A stretch of 64,000 nt of DNA, taken from Nitrospirota bacterium. Its GTDB lineage: Bacteria > Nitrospirota > UBA9217. The notes beneath the pieces are model-generated. The model saw only the letters and a program-made list of their open reading frames with translations. It searched no databases and was not told the origin of the DNA. The stretch spans positions 32,001-96,000 of the forward strand of contig CAWIYV010000001.1 in the NCBI GenBank assembly GCA_963840455.1. The letters are read 5' to 3'. Made by a program: the position numbers and the translations under genes. Shown here one piece after another: positions 46,036-57,320 of this stretch; position 1 is the stretch's first letter; each line of letters opens with the position of its first letter.

Positions 46036-46731
46036 TTATGAAACCAGCGTTCTCTGTATGCGATCCACCATCCCGCGCGCCGCCTCGTGCAGGTCCGGTG
46101 CGGCAAGAATAGCGCTGATGACCGCAACACCGTCAGCCCCTGCCCTGAGCACCTCGTCAAGGTTCCCGCCGTTGATACCGCCTATTGCGATCACCGGGAG
46201 CGTCACGGCCTTCCGTACCTGGCGAAGACCCTCGATGCCCTGGCGCGGACCGGCATCCTTCGTCTTGGTCGTGAAGATGGGGCCGAAACCGATATAGTCT
46301 GCGCCGGCGGACTGTGCCGCCCTGGCCTGCTCGACGCTATGCGTGGATACTCCTATGATCCTGCTGCCGCCCATGAGCTTGCGCGCCTCTTCTACAGGCA
46401 GGTCGTCCTGTCCCAAATGAACACCGTCAGCGTCCACGGCCATCGCGATGTCAGGATGATCGTTCACGATGAACGCGGCGCTTGAACGCCTCATGAGGAC
46501 AGCAAGACGAAGGCAGGTCTCGTAGATGGCCCTGCGGGTCCCGCTCTTGCTCCGGTACTGAAATAGCCGAACGCCTGCATCGAGGGCGGCCTGCGCGGCA
46601 TCTTCGGCACCGGTCCTCAGGAGGTCTGCATCAAGGATAAGGCACAGGCCCCGGATTTCACTTCTGCGGACTATTGTAACGCTCCATGAACTTGGTGGAA
46701 ATGTTCCCAGTCTGGAAATCCTCTTCGGCAA
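46036..46731 (-). CDS. thiE: Thiamine-phosphate synthase (start uncertain, probably near 46655)
   Basis: [36 protein letters not shown]. Confidence 0.92.
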   Translation of the reverse strand: MPKRISRLGTFPPSSWSVTIVRRSEIRGLCLILDADLLRTGAEDAAQAALDAGVRLFQYRSKSGTRRAIYETCLRLAVLMRRSSAAFIVNDHPDIAMAVDADGVHLGQDDLPVEEARKLMGGSRIIGVSTHSVEQARAAQSAGADYIGFGPIFTTKTKDAGPRQGIEGLRQVRKAVTLPVIAIGGINGGNLDEVLRAGADGVAVISAILAAPDLHEAARGMVDRIQRTLVS

Positions 46732-48004
46732 GGATCATTTTGTGCATGGGAATGGTCGTTTTTACCCCTTCGATGATGAATTCGTCCAGTGCCCGCTTCA
46801 TCCGCATGATCGCCTCATCGCGGGTGTCGGCGTACACGATGAGCTTGGCGATCATGGAATCATAGAACGACGGGATGACGTACTGGGTGTACGCTGCAGT
46901 GTCGACCCGCACGCCGGGCCCTCCCGGAGGGTTATAAGCCGTGATGGTGCCGGGAGAGGGCGTGAATTTCACCGGGTCCTCGGCGTTGATCCGGCATTCG
47001 ATGCTATGGCCCCGGACAATCACCTGGTCCTGCGTAAAGGACAGCGGCAACCCCGATGCGACCCTGATCTGCTCTTTGACGAGGTCCACACCCGTTACCA
47101 ACTCGGTAACGGGGTGCTCGACCTGGATCCGGGTGTTCATTTCCATGAAGTAGAAGCTGCGGTCCTCATCCATGAGAAACTCGATCGTTCCCGCGTTCCG
47201 GTATTTAACGGCCCTCGCCAGCGCCACGGCCATGTCCCCCATCCGCTTCCGGAGTGGTCCATCAACGATGGCCGACGGGGCCTCCTCGATGAGTTTCTGG
47301 TGTCTGCGCTGGATCGAGCATTCTCGCTCACCAAGCGACACGACATTACCCTTCTCATCGGCCATGATCTGTACTTCGATATGCCGAGGCTGGGTGATGT
47401 ACTTTTCAACGTACACATCGGCATTGCCGAACGCGGCAAGCGCCTCGGACTGGGCCATGACGAACGCGGATGCGAACTCCGGTTCTTCAAAGACCACCCG
47501 CATGCCCTTGCCCCCGCCTCCGGCAACGGCCTTTATGATGACCGGGAAGCCAAGCTCGCGGGCAAGAGACAGGGCGTCGGCCTCTTCGGTGATGACCCCG
47601 GGGCTGCCCGGCAGGATAGGCACACCCGCCTTCTGTGCAGTCTCGCGAGCCTTGGCCTTGTCACCCATGAGCTTGATGCTGTCCGGGCTCGGCCCGATGA
47701 ACTTGATGCCGGCCGAATTGCAGACCTCGGCGAAGCTCGCGTTCTCGGCCAGGAAACCATATCCCGGATGGATCGCCTCGGAGTCTGTGATCTCGGCCGC
47801 ACTGATGATGCTGGGTACGTTGAGATAGCTGTCAGCGCTCTTGGGAGGTCCTATACAGACGCTCTGGTCGGCAAAACGGACATGGAGGGAGTGGGCATCT
47901 GCGGTGGAATGCACGGCCACTGTCTTGATCCCCATCTCTTTGCACGCCCGGATGATGCGAAGCGCGATCTCGCCCCGGTTGGCTATCAATATTTTCTTGA
48001 ACAC
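46658..48004 (-). CDS. accC: Biotin carboxylase
   Basis: [39 protein letters not shown]. Confidence 0.97.
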   Translation of the reverse strand: MFKKILIANRGEIALRIIRACKEMGIKTVAVHSTADAHSLHVRFADQSVCIGPPKSADSYLNVPSIISAAEITDSEAIHPGYGFLAENASFAEVCNSAGIKFIGPSPDSIKLMGDKAKARETAQKAGVPILPGSPGVITEEADALSLARELGFPVIIKAVAGGGGKGMRVVFEEPEFASAFVMAQSEALAAFGNADVYVEKYITQPRHIEVQIMADEKGNVVSLGERECSIQRRHQKLIEEAPSAIVDGPLRKRMGDMAVALARAVKYRNAGTIEFLMDEDRSFYFMEMNTRIQVEHPVTELVTGVDLVKEQIRVASGLPLSFTQDQVIVRGHSIECRINAEDPVKFTPSPGTITAYNPPGGPGVRVDTAAYTQYVIPSFYDSMIAKLIVYADTRDEAIMRMKRALDEFIIEGVKTTIPMHKMILAEEDFQTGNISTKFMERYNSPQK

Positions 48005-48059
48005 GAGGACACCTCGGTGTCGGTCAGATTTTATATAACACGTCTTTCGTGACCGCGGT

Positions 48060-48536
48060 CTATGCCGGCTCGATCACAAAGAGGGCCTGACCGTATTCCA
48101 CGGGCTGGCCGTTCTCCACCAGGGCCTGGACCACCTTCCCTGCCGCCTCTGATTCGATCTCGTTCATCAGCTTCATTGCCTCGATGATGCAGAGGATCTG
48201 GCCTTTTTTCACCACATCGCCCACCTCGACATAGGCAGGCTTGTCGGGCGAACTGGACCGATAGAACGTGCCGACGATGGGCGAGGTGACCTTCACCTGG
48301 CCGACGGGTGCTTCGGCCGGCGTCTGCGGCTGTTCGGCGGCGGGCTTCACCGGTTCGACGATGGACGGAGCCACGATGGCGGACGGCGGATACTCCATGC
48401 GCGGCATGGTCGGGTGGAACGTCACGTCCCCGCCCTTCCGGAGCCGTACCTTCACGCCGGAGCGTTCGATCTCCAGCTCGGAGATATCGGTGTTCTTGAG
48501 CATCTCAATGAGTTCTTTCAACTCTTTCAGATTCAT
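48060..48536 (-). CDS. accB: Biotin carboxyl carrier protein (start reassigned to ATG 48536)
   Basis: [17 protein letters not shown]. Confidence 0.96.
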   Translation of the reverse strand: MNLKELKELIEMLKNTDISELEIERSGVKVRLRKGGDVTFHPTMPRMEYPPSAIVAPSIVEPVKPAAEQPQTPAEAPVGQVKVTSPIVGTFYRSSSPDKPAYVEVGDVVKKGQILCIIEAMKLMNEIESEAAGKVVQALVENGQPVEYGQALFVIEPA

Positions 48537-48621
48537 GATTGCTCCTTTTCGTGGACCGCACGGACCGGGGGCATCACGGAGGTCCCTGCCGGGCCCGGCC
48601 TGCGGCTGATCAAAGATATCA

Positions 48622-49188
48622 TCACTGCTTGACGCGTTCGATGAACGTCCCGGTCCGGGTGTCGACCTTGATGACATCGCCCTCATTCAGATAGAACGGC
48701 ACTTTCACCACAGCACCGGTCTCCAGGGTGGCCGGTTTGGAGCCTCCCGAGGCCGTGTCACCCCGTACGCCCGGGTCGGTCCGGGCGATCGCGAGCTCGA
48801 CGAACATGGGGATGTCGATGTTGATGGGCTGACCCTTGAAATACAGCACCTTGATCTCCATGTTCTCTTTCAGATAGTTGATGCTCTCGCCGAGCTGCTG
48901 TTCGCTCATGGAAAGCTGCTCATAGCTGCTCGTGTCCATGAACACCCGGTCCTTGTCCGCCGCGTACAGATACTGCATGGTCTTTTCCTCAAGCTCGGGG
49001 ACATCAACCTTCTCGCCTGACCGGAAGGTCCGGTCGATGACGTTCCCGCTCTTCAGGCTTTTCATCTTGGTCCGGACAAAGGCCCCGCCCTTGCCCGGCT
49101 TCACATGCTGGAACTCGACGATGATATACGGTTCACCGTCGATCTCGATCTTCAAGCCGTTCCGGAACTCTGCTGTCGATACTGGCAA
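48622..49188 (-). CDS. efp: Elongation factor P (TTG start at 49188)
   Basis: [28 protein letters not shown]. Confidence 0.97.
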   Translation of the reverse strand: MPVSTAEFRNGLKIEIDGEPYIIVEFQHVKPGKGGAFVRTKMKSLKSGNVIDRTFRSGEKVDVPELEEKTMQYLYAADKDRVFMDTSSYEQLSMSEQQLGESINYLKENMEIKVLYFKGQPINIDIPMFVELAIARTDPGVRGDTASGGSKPATLETGAVVKVPFYLNEGDVIKVDTRTGTFIERVKQ

Positions 49189-49241
49189 TTCCTGATTCCT
49201 CCTCGTGTGCGTTCTCTCTTTAATCGGTATGTATTCTGCGA

Positions 49242-50315
49242 TCACAGTTCCCGGGGCAGGCTGGTCAGGACCCGGTGGCCGTTTTTCGTCACCAGCACCA
49301 TATCCTCGATCCGGACGCCGCCCCAGCCGGGGATATACACTCCGGGCTCCACCGTGAACACCATCCCTTCCCTGATATCTACTTTGGAAAGGGCCGCGAT
49401 GGTCGGCGCCTCATGGACCATAAGGCCGATCCCATGGCCCGTGGCATGGCCGAACTGTTTTCCGTAGCCTGCTTTTTCGATCATGGCCCGGGCTGCCCTG
49501 TCGATATCGGCGCAGGCTATGCCGGGGCGAACAACATGAATAGCGTTCTGCTGCGCGCGCAGGACCAGGCCATGGACCTCGCGCTGACGCGTGTTCGGAC
49601 GGCCCACGCACACAGTCCTCGTGATATCACTGTAATAGCCGTCCGCCTCGGCGCCGAAATCGAATGTCACGAGGTCGCCAGCACGAAGCCGCCGGCCTGA
49701 AACCGACGCGTGGGGCATGGCGCCGTTCCTCCCGGAGGCAACGATGATGTCGAACGCCACTCTGCGAGAGCCCCTCTCGCGAATGAGCATTTCGAGCCGA
49801 ATCCCCAGTTCCTGCTCGGTCGTGCCTGCCCGGATGCGAGGCCTCAGTTCGCAGAAGGCCTCTTCGGCCCGTCGGATGGCCCTCCGGATCAGTGTGAGCT
49901 CGACTGCATCCTTCTCCCGCCGGATCTCGGCAACCGGGTCCTTCATCCCCCGTAGCCGCAGTTTTTGTTTCCTGAGCGCTCTCAAGCGGTCCAGGGTCAT
50001 CGAGGATTCGTCGAACCAGAGTATATCGGTGTCAAAGAGATCGGCTGCTGCCTTGATCGTCGATACATGGTCCTTCTTCTGGATCAGCAGCTTCGTTCCC
50101 GATGTCTCGGCCTTTGCCTGTTCCTTATAGCGGAAGTCGGTGATCAGCACCGGCCTGCCGGAAGCGCCAATGAGCACGCTTCCGGCCGAGCCGGTGAACC
50201 CCGTAAGGTACCGGACATTCTCATGCTGCGTCACGAGCAGGGTATCGATGCCCCGCTCCCGCATGATCCTTCGGAGCCTGGCGATCCGCGTCGCTTCCTG
50301 CCGATTTTTCTTCAT
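49242..50315 (-). CDS. Xaa-Pro aminopeptidase (M24)
   Basis: [43 protein letters not shown]. Confidence 0.93.
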   Translation of the reverse strand: MKKNRQEATRIARLRRIMRERGIDTLLVTQHENVRYLTGFTGSAGSVLIGASGRPVLITDFRYKEQAKAETSGTKLLIQKKDHVSTIKAAADLFDTDILWFDESSMTLDRLRALRKQKLRLRGMKDPVAEIRREKDAVELTLIRRAIRRAEEAFCELRPRIRAGTTEQELGIRLEMLIRERGSRRVAFDIIVASGRNGAMPHASVSGRRLRAGDLVTFDFGAEADGYYSDITRTVCVGRPNTRQREVHGLVLRAQQNAIHVVRPGIACADIDRAARAMIEKAGYGKQFGHATGHGIGLMVHEAPTIAALSKVDIREGMVFTVEPGVYIPGWGGVRIEDMVLVTKNGHRVLTSLPREL

Positions 50316-50758
50316 TTCTTGTTGGCGCTCTGGGCGGCGTAGATAGCGGCGCGGAGCCCGAGCAGATAGCTCTCGATACCGAACCCAGTGATCTGGCCGA
50401 ACGCTACTCCGGAGATGTATGAGTGATGACGGAATTCCTCGCGGCGGTAGATGTTCGAAAGGTGAACTTCGACCGCGGGTATTCCCGTCGACGTGATAGC
50501 ATCGCGCAGAGCGACGCTCGTATGAGTATATGCCCCGGGATTGATCACGAGCGCCTGGCAGGTGCCCATGGCATCCTGGATCTTCTGGACCAGCTCACCC
50601 TCGTGGTTCGACTGGAAGAACGTGACGTCCGTACCGAGCTCTCGGGCCAGCAATGTAAGACGGCTGTTGATCTCTTCCAGGGTCACCGTGCCGTAGATGT
50701 CGGGCTCCCGTTTTCCGAGAAGGTTCAGGTTGGGCCCGTGGATGACAAGGACGTTCAT
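50312..50758 (-). CDS. aroQ: Type II 3-dehydroquinate dehydratase
   Basis: [34 protein letters not shown]. Confidence 0.97.
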   Translation of the reverse strand: MNVLVIHGPNLNLLGKREPDIYGTVTLEEINSRLTLLARELGTDVTFFQSNHEGELVQKIQDAMGTCQALVINPGAYTHTSVALRDAITSTGIPAVEVHLSNIYRREEFRHHSYISGVAFGQITGFGIESYLLGLRAAIYAAQSANKK

Positions 50759-50774
50759 GGTCCTCCTGCAAAAT

Positions 50775-50798
50775 AAAAAACTGCCCGGGGCAGTTTTT
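50775..50798. terminator. Short terminator-like hairpin between the roadblock gene and aroQ
   Basis: AAAAAACTGCC-CGG-GGCAGTTTTT. Confidence 0.5.
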
Positions 50799-50828
50799 GG
50801 AAATTACTCGCTGTATGTGAATGATTGT

Positions 50829-51185
50829 TCAGAATTCTTTCAGCAATTTCGGCACTGACATCCGGAGGAGGAACCTGCCTTTTCCAAAGTTACCGTCTGG
50901 CTTGATGATCAGCACCATGAAGTACTCGTCATTGAGACGTCGCAGCATGATCATGGCCTTGTCCGCTATGACCGTGACCTCTCTGGTGGAACCGAGCTGC
51001 GAAGCCTGCGATCCTTGTTCGATCTCCTTCAGGAGCGTGGCGTACTCGACCGTCATGGACTGCAGGTCGATCTCCTTGTCCAGGGTGAATTCCTCTACCG
51101 AGATGCCATCCACCCCTACCACGAGTGCGCCCATTGCCCCCTCAGTTCCCTGTACGACCTCTTTCAGAATATCGGCAAAGGGCAT
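50829..51185 (-). CDS. Roadblock/LC7 domain protein (MglB/MglC-like)
   Basis: GALVVGVDGISVE and GNFGKGRFLLR; TAATG coupling to the upstream gene. Confidence 0.85.
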   Translation of the reverse strand: MPFADILKEVVQGTEGAMGALVVGVDGISVEEFTLDKEIDLQSMTVEYATLLKEIEQGSQASQLGSTREVTVIADKAMIMLRRLNDEYFMVLIIKPDGNFGKGRFLLRMSVPKLLKEF

Positions 51186-52627
51186 TATGATTCTTTCTCC
51201 TTCATGATATTCTTTAGCCACGACTCCAGACGATCGATGGTTTCTTTTCTTCTCACCGTGGCCGCTTGGGGATTACGCACATCGGTACTGTCTGGGACAG
51301 ATTCCATGACGGTTTTCTCAGGTGCGGTCCCAGAGGGGGACGGTTCAGGAGACCTCGGGATCTCTTTCATCGCGCGGAGCGCTTCCGTCGAGGCCTCGAC
51401 CGCAGGCCGCGTTTCCGCTATTGCTTCCGATCCCGCCGGCGTATATTCTCCCTTTCCCGGTACTGCTGTGGCGAATCCCTCAACGCCGCTTTCCGCGGCG
51501 CCAGCCATGGCACGAAGCTTCTCGAGCTTCTGCTGCAAAGCCTTGTTTTCCGGCCGCTCTTCCAGCATGCCCCGATAGATCTCGATAGCTTTATCGTAGA
51601 ATCCCTGCGATATATAGAGCTCGGCAAGAGTGTTCGTATTCAGATCATCGCCGCCTTCATCGCCCCCCGTTGCGGTCTCTGCCGGCCTGCTCTCCTCAGG
51701 CGGTGTGAACATTTCTGTGCCCCACGATACCGCCGCCAGGTCTTCGGTTTCCGTTGACGCCATCGCCGGTGCTTCACTCAGATCGAATGCGGGCATCTCG
51801 GCGGTCTCTGCGTCCTGGCCGGCAGGCTCCGGCTGGAGTATCGCCGCGTTCTCGACAGCAGGCGCCTTGACCTCCGGCGCAGGACCGGGCTGTTCGAGAG
51901 GTTCGATCTCAACGATGTCTTCAATGACCTCTGCCTCATCATGGGCCGGGGGTGCAGGTGGTGGCGGTACAGGCCGGGGCTGTGCGACAGGCCTTGCGGG
52001 CGTTGCAGGTGCTGATGAGTCTATCTTGGGGACAGCGGGGGCCGGTGTGGGAGCCTTCTGCGCAACTGTGGGAACAAAACCTGGCGTTGACCCTGCCGGT
52101 TTTGCTGCTCCCGAGGAGGGTACCGGTTTCGGTTTAAGCGGCGCGACAGACGCTGGCGCGGCTTGCGGAGCCGCAGGCGAAGTCAGTACTTTCGGCCGGG
52201 GGACCCGCGCAGAAACGTCCTTGCCGGCCTCAAGGTCGGCAAGCAGCGAAGGGAGTTCCTTGTCACTGGGATTCAAGGCCAATGCCGCTTTGTACCGCTT
52301 CAGTGCATCATCTCTCCTGCCCTGGAGTACATAAAGATCCCCCAGCTTTCGCTGGGCGAGCAGGTTGTCGGGAATTGCCTTGATGACCTCTTCAAGCTCC
52401 TTCTGAGCGCCGGTCAGATCTCCCTTGTCAATCAGGAGCCTGCCCAGGAATGACCGCGCAGTGACATAGCCGGGATTGGACCTGAGCCCTTCCGTGAGGA
52501 CCTGGATGGCCATCTCGAGGTCCCCTGCCTTCTTGTGCTCTTCCGCCAGCGGCACAAAAAGCTTCGATTTGGGGTCCTTGGCGATCCGCTCGGTCAGTTT
52601 CGCTATTTCAGAGGAATCTTTGTCCAT
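51185..52627 (-). CDS. TPR protein with Pro/Ala-rich linker and C-terminal TPR-like motif
   Basis: DPKSKLFVPLAEE N-terminal TPRs; TNTLAELYISQG; LESWLKNI C-terminal helix. Confidence 0.85.
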   Translation of the reverse strand: MDKDSSEIAKLTERIAKDPKSKLFVPLAEEHKKAGDLEMAIQVLTEGLRSNPGYVTARSFLGRLLIDKGDLTGAQKELEEVIKAIPDNLLAQRKLGDLYVLQGRRDDALKRYKAALALNPSDKELPSLLADLEAGKDVSARVPRPKVLTSPAAPQAAPASVAPLKPKPVPSSGAAKPAGSTPGFVPTVAQKAPTPAPAVPKIDSSAPATPARPVAQPRPVPPPPAPPAHDEAEVIEDIVEIEPLEQPGPAPEVKAPAVENAAILQPEPAGQDAETAEMPAFDLSEAPAMASTETEDLAAVSWGTEMFTPPEESRPAETATGGDEGGDDLNTNTLAELYISQGFYDKAIEIYRGMLEERPENKALQQKLEKLRAMAGAAESGVEGFATAVPGKGEYTPAGSEAIAETRPAVEASTEALRAMKEIPRSPEPSPSGTAPEKTVMESVPDSTDVRNPQAATVRRKETIDRLESWLKNIMKEKES

Positions 52628-52691
52628 AAAAAAGAAAGCGTCGAACTTACGAATTTTAAAATTTTACCAGAAATCGCGTCCTAAAGTCAAG

Positions 52692-53909
52692 TTAAAGCCC
52701 TTGATTTTTCTTGAGTTCTACGATTGTGTCCATGATGCGCGCTGCGAGTTCGGTTTTCGTCATTCGTGGTAATTCCGTAATATTCCCTCCGCGTTCCATT
52801 AGGACTGCATCATTCATGTCTGATGCGAAACCACTACCCGGCAGCCCAATCGTGTTCGCAACGATGAGGTCGAGGTTCTTTTTCTTGAGCTTGTCTCCGG
52901 CATTCCGGATGAGGTCGTCGGTCTCGGCCGCAAAACCTACGAGGACCTGCCCCTCTCTTGCGTCACCAAGGCCTTGCAGGATGTCCTCGGTACGCTCGAG
53001 TGTAATGGTGAGGGATGCGCCCTCCTTCTTGAGCTTGCGTTCGGAAGGCTCCTTTGGCCGGAAATCCGACACGGCTGCTGCCATGATGAGGATCTGGCAC
53101 CTGCCGGCATGGTCCCGAACCGCGCGATGCATCTCGGCGGCGGTGGTGACCGATCTGTGGTTGACTCCCTGGGGAGGATACAGATGAGTAGGACCGGAAA
53201 TGAGCATTACGTCTGCACCGCGGTTCCGCGCCTCAGCGGCAAGCGCATACCCCATCTTCCCGGTCGACGGATTGCTGATGAACCGGGCGGCATCGATCGG
53301 CTCTCTCGTGGGCCCTGCCGTCACTAGGACCGTCATACCGACGAGGTCCTTCAGAGAAAGTGCCTCCTGTACTGCCTGGACGATGCGGTCCGGCGAAGCA
53401 AGCCTGCCCTGGCCGCTCGTCCCGCACGCAAGGGCGCCGATCTCAGGCTCTACGATCCGGATGCCCACTGCCCGCAGGTTCCCGATATTGCGCTGCAGGA
53501 ATGCGTTCCGGAACATGCGTTCGTTCATCGCAGGTGCGATGATGACCGGGCATTCGGCCGCCATCAGCGCGGTCGACAGGGCATCGTCGGCGATACCAGC
53601 TGACAGTTTCCCGATGATGTTCGCCGTGGCCGGCGTAACCAGGGCAAGGTCAAGCCCGTCGGTCACGGCAATGTGCCCCATCGGGCCCCAACCATCTTCG
53701 CTGAACTCATCGGTCAGCACCGGCTTCCCGCTGAGCGCGGAGAACGTCAGCGGAGCGACGAAACGTGCAGCGTTCCGGGTCATGACGACCCGTACCTCTG
53801 CGCCCAGTTCCATGAGCTTCCGCAGGACCTCTACAGCTTTGTAGGCGGCGATCCCTCCGCTCACCCCGAGAAGGATGCGCTTGCCGGTCAGTATACCTGG
53901 TCGCTCCAC
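52692..53909 (-). CDS. coaBC: Phosphopantothenoylcysteine decarboxylase/ligase
   Basis: GGIAAYK, PATAN, PAMN, LACG..GQGRL, TAGPTRE, GFAAET. Confidence 0.97.
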   Translation of the reverse strand: MERPGILTGKRILLGVSGGIAAYKAVEVLRKLMELGAEVRVVMTRNAARFVAPLTFSALSGKPVLTDEFSEDGWGPMGHIAVTDGLDLALVTPATANIIGKLSAGIADDALSTALMAAECPVIIAPAMNERMFRNAFLQRNIGNLRAVGIRIVEPEIGALACGTSGQGRLASPDRIVQAVQEALSLKDLVGMTVLVTAGPTREPIDAARFISNPSTGKMGYALAAEARNRGADVMLISGPTHLYPPQGVNHRSVTTAAEMHRAVRDHAGRCQILIMAAAVSDFRPKEPSERKLKKEGASLTITLERTEDILQGLGDAREGQVLVGFAAETDDLIRNAGDKLKKKNLDLIVANTIGLPGSGFASDMNDAVLMERGGNITELPRMTKTELAARIMDTIVELKKNQGL

Positions 53910-53912
53910 GTG

Positions 53913-54347
53913 CTACTCTTCCGCTTCCCCGGTGGACTCCTCGACTTCCTCTTCCACGGGCGGCTCTGCCTCGCCCTCGGCGCCTTCAACCTCTCCGAGA
54001 TCGCCCTCCTCCTGAGTGTCTGTCAGGTAGGCCGAAAGTTCCTTCCGGATCTCCTCTTCCTTCGCGGAAAGCTGCTCTTCCAACTTCTCCTGCTCCTTAC
54101 GCTTCCGAAGCTCTTCCTTGGCGACCTTCGCCTCCTCGCCCACAATGATCTTGTAGGACCCCAGCAGGCTTTCTTCGAGCGCGACGGTCGTATCCTTGAT
54201 GGACCTCGACGTCACGAGCGGCGTCTCGCCTGCGGAAAGCTCGCGCACCCGCTGGGACGCGATGTGCACAAGCCGGAACTTCGAGTCAGCCATCTTCGGA
54301 TTGATCTCTATCGGCAGCGATATGATGTCTTCTGCAATCTTAGCCAT
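53913..54347 (-). CDS. rpoZ: RNA polymerase omega subunit with long acidic C-terminal extension
   Basis: SKFRLVHIASQRVREL..TTVALEE; position between gmk and coaBC. Confidence 0.88.
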   Translation of the reverse strand: MAKIAEDIISLPIEINPKMADSKFRLVHIASQRVRELSAGETPLVTSRSIKDTTVALEESLLGSYKIIVGEEAKVAKEELRKRKEQEKLEEQLSAKEEEIRKELSAYLTDTQEEGDLGEVEGAEGEAEPPVEEEVEESTGEAEE

Positions 54348-54376
54348 GGTTCTCCTCCCTGAAATCAGCGTTTATA

Positions 54377-54988
54377 TTATCTCAACAGATCTTCGATCCA
54401 GTTGTTCCTGAGCAGCTTGGTACGGCAGCGCTCGGCCACGACGATCGAGCGGAGTTCGGAAAGCGCCCGCTCGAAGTCGCGGTTCACGACGATATAATCA
54501 TAAAGCCCGTAATCCCTGATCTCGTCGACCGCCCGCCGCATGCGTTTCCGGATCTCTTCCTCCCGGTCGGACTTACGGTTCCTGAGGCGCTCCTCGAGGA
54601 TCGCCATCGAGGGCGGCATGATGAACACGAAAACGGCCGTGGTGAAATGGGACTTGATCTGGCGCGCACCCTGGGTGTCGATGTCGAGGATCACATCGAC
54701 GCCTTCCCTGATCATGTCGTCCAGGACGCGCTTCGATGTCCCGTAGAGGTTCGCATGGACCTCGGCATACTCGGCAAAATCGCCCGCCTGTACCATGTCA
54801 CGGAAACGGTCCGCGGTGACGAAATAGTAATCCCGTCCGTCGGTCTCCCCGGGCCGGGGCTTCCGGGTCGTATAGGAAATGGAGTGCGTCAGGTTCTCGA
54901 GGGATTCCGTGATGCCCTTGCACAGCGTTGTCTTCCCGGCGCCGGACGGTGCCGAGACAACGAACAGGATACCGTCCCGATGCTTCAT
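54377..54988 (-). CDS. gmk: Guanylate kinase
   Basis: SAPSGAGKTT, SYTTRKPRPGE, YGTS, DIDTQGA. Confidence 0.97.
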   Translation of the reverse strand: MKHRDGILFVVSAPSGAGKTTLCKGITESLENLTHSISYTTRKPRPGETDGRDYYFVTADRFRDMVQAGDFAEYAEVHANLYGTSKRVLDDMIREGVDVILDIDTQGARQIKSHFTTAVFVFIMPPSMAILEERLRNRKSDREEEIRKRMRRAVDEIRDYGLYDYIVVNRDFERALSELRSIVVAERCRTKLLRNNWIEDLLR

Positions 54989-55227
54989 GCCGCATCACCT
55001 CCGAGCAAACGCTGCGCAAGCGTCTTCACCTGGACCGCCGAAAGGATCACGTGGTCGCTGTTCGTGACGACGATGGACCGCGTCCTCCTCCCCTGCGTGG
55101 CATCGACCAGCATGTTCCGTTCTTTTGCGTCATCCTTCAGCCGGCGCATGGGGGCCGATTCGGGCGAGAGGATGGTGACCCCCTTCGACGACATGACCAT
55201 GTTGCCGTACCCGACATCGACCAGCAT
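54985..55227 (-). CDS. remA: DUF370 / RemA-family protein (start reassigned to ATG 55227)
   Basis: VGYGN, SPESAPMRRL, VDATQGRRTRS, HVILSA. Confidence 0.9.
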   Translation of the reverse strand: MLVDVGYGNMVMSSKGVTILSPESAPMRRLKDDAKERNMLVDATQGRRTRSIVVTNSDHVILSAVQVKTLAQRLLGGDAA

Positions 55228-55240
55228 GTGCTCTCTGCGT

Positions 55241-56122
55241 TTACTCAATGTTCTGGACCTGTTCGCGGATCTTCTCGAGCTCGGCCTTGATATTGACCAC
55301 CTGCAGGGATATATCCGCATCAAGCGCCTTGGAGGCGATCGTGTTCACCTCACGCCCCATCTCCTGGATCAAGAAATCCAGTTTTCGCCCGACAGGCTCC
55401 GCGCCGGCCCCGCTCACCATGGCTCGGAACTGGCCCATATGGCTTCCCAGCCTCGTGATCTCCTCGGTCACATCGGTCCGCTCCGCCAGGATGGCGATCT
55501 CCTGGGCAAGCCGCGCTGGTTCGGGCGGGTCCTTCAGGATCTTTTCGAGGGCCTCGGTCATGCGCTTCCGCGCCTGTTCCACGATCACGGGGGTGCGGAC
55601 CCGGACCATTTCAATGAGCGTGACAATGGCGTCCAAACGACCGGTTATATCCCTCGCCAGAGAGGCCCCCTCCTGCTCCCGCATGGCCCCGAGCGCACCA
55701 ACGGCCTGCCTGATGCCGCCCACGAGCGAAGTCCAGAGCGCCTCCAGGTCCTCGGTAACCTCTTCCTTTCCGATAATATCGGGCAGTGCGTTCAGAAGCG
55801 CAAGGTCCACCTCTCCGGGAAGAGAGAACCGCGCTTTCAGCTCCTTCAGCACACCGATGTACTGCCCCGCGCGCTCATGATCGACGGTGAACTTGAACGG
55901 GCTTGCATCGGCGCCGCTCCGCGTGATGAACACGTCCACGCGGCCCCGGGAGAACCCTTCCTGGACTTCTTTCCGGATGCGCGGTTCAAGGGCATTAATG
56001 CTCCTCGGCAGCTTGATCTGCACGTCGAGATAACGGTTGTTCACCGACCGCATCTCGATGGCGAAATTACCTGCAGCGCTCCGGACATCTCCCCGCCCGT
56101 ACCCGGTCATGCTATGTATCAC
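55241..56122 (-). CDS. yicC: YicC/YloC-family endoribonuclease
   Basis: SMTGYGR, SVNNRYLD, GRKLDFLIQEMGREVNTIASK, REQVQNIE. Confidence 0.95.
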   Translation of the reverse strand: MIHSMTGYGRGDVRSAAGNFAIEMRSVNNRYLDVQIKLPRSINALEPRIRKEVQEGFSRGRVDVFITRSGADASPFKFTVDHERAGQYIGVLKELKARFSLPGEVDLALLNALPDIIGKEEVTEDLEALWTSLVGGIRQAVGALGAMREQEGASLARDITGRLDAIVTLIEMVRVRTPVIVEQARKRMTEALEKILKDPPEPARLAQEIAILAERTDVTEEITRLGSHMGQFRAMVSGAGAEPVGRKLDFLIQEMGREVNTIASKALDADISLQVVNIKAELEKIREQVQNIE

Positions 56123-56170
56123 GTTCCCGTCCCTCTCCGCAGTCGCTCCCGTAAGCAGGAACGCCTGATG

Positions 56171-56563
56171 TTACCTGGTCGATAGACTCGCTTCTGCAAC
56201 GGGCGCAAAATGATATTCCTGGACGCACAGGTCGCCGCAAAGGCCCCCGAAATAATGGACCTCCACATCCCATGCCGTTTTAATGATCATCTTGCGTTTG
56301 TCATCATCGCGAATGATCAGGAAGTTCTCGCCCTTGAGCGGCAGGTCGAGTTCCTTGGCCTTGGCCGCGAGGTCCGCCAGTATTTCCTCGTCCTTAAGCA
56401 CCTGCGCAGCGCTTGCCTTGATATCCATGGTATCCTTCATGCGTTCGAAATCCAGCCTCACGGACAGATATTTGATGCCTACATGGATCACTGCCCCCAA
56501 TAGAGCGAGGATGATCAGTACTTTCAGCTTGCTGACCCCGGATTCGTTGCCTATCATTTGCAT
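56171..56563 (-). CDS. Membrane-anchored protein with pilin-like N-terminus (DUF4845-like position after lepB)
   Basis: NESG-VSKLKVLIILALLG hydrophobic N-terminus; GGAGG RBS. Confidence 0.6.
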   Translation of the reverse strand: MQMIGNESGVSKLKVLIILALLGAVIHVGIKYLSVRLDFERMKDTMDIKASAAQVLKDEEILADLAAKAKELDLPLKGENFLIIRDDDKRKMIIKTAWDVEVHYFGGLCGDLCVQEYHFAPVAEASLSTR

Positions 56564-56581
56564 AGCGTCCTCCTCGATCGA

Positions 56582-57295
56582 CTACTTGATCAGGCTGCCG
56601 ATTCGTTCCCACCGGAGCCACCTGCCGTCGTTCCCGTCCCAGGACCAGTAGATGATGAGTGCTTTGCCGAGGATCTTGTCGTACTTCACGAATTTCCATA
56701 CCCTGCTGTCCTGGCTGTTGTCCCGGTTGTCACCCATCACGAACACCGACTCCTTGGGGACGAGGACCGGTCCGAAATCATAGCCGGACTGATCACGGAG
56801 GTACTGGATCCTGTGGGTGACGCTGCCCAGACGCTCTTCGAGGACCCGCGGCCTCCCCCATAGCGATGCCTGGCCGGACCCCGGTTCTTTGTCACCGTCA
56901 TTGTTCAGCTCTGTTACGGGCACCGGCTGATCGTTGATCAGCAAGATGCCCTTCCGTATCTCGATCTTGTCGCCCGGCACCCCGACAACGCGTTTGATGA
57001 AGTTCTTGCTCTCATCCTCCGGGAACTTGAAGACGATGATATCACCGCGTTTCGGCTCCGCCCCCGAGAAGAAACGGCTGTCCGTGAAAGGAATGCGCGG
57101 GCCGTAGATGAACTTGTTCACCAGCAGATGGTCGCCGATGGTGAGCGTGGGGATCATGGACCCCGAGGGGATCTTGAACGCCTCGACCACGAACTGACGG
57201 ATGAACAGCGCAACGACCGCTGCGATCAGGAACGGTTCGACCCATTCCTTGAAAAAGGATTTCTTGGTGCCCTGCTGTTTCGCTTCCTCTGACAT
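56582..57295 (-). CDS. lepB: Signal peptidase I
   Basis: IPSGSMIPTL, FIKRVVG, GDNRDNSQDSR. Confidence 0.96.
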   Translation of the reverse strand: MSEEAKQQGTKKSFFKEWVEPFLIAAVVALFIRQFVVEAFKIPSGSMIPTLTIGDHLLVNKFIYGPRIPFTDSRFFSGAEPKRGDIIVFKFPEDESKNFIKRVVGVPGDKIEIRKGILLINDQPVPVTELNNDGDKEPGSGQASLWGRPRVLEERLGSVTHRIQYLRDQSGYDFGPVLVPKESVFVMGDNRDNSQDSRVWKFVKYDKILGKALIIYWSWDGNDGRWLRWERIGSLIK

Positions 57296-57320
57296 CAAAC
57301 CTCCGCCTTTTGTACTGCAT

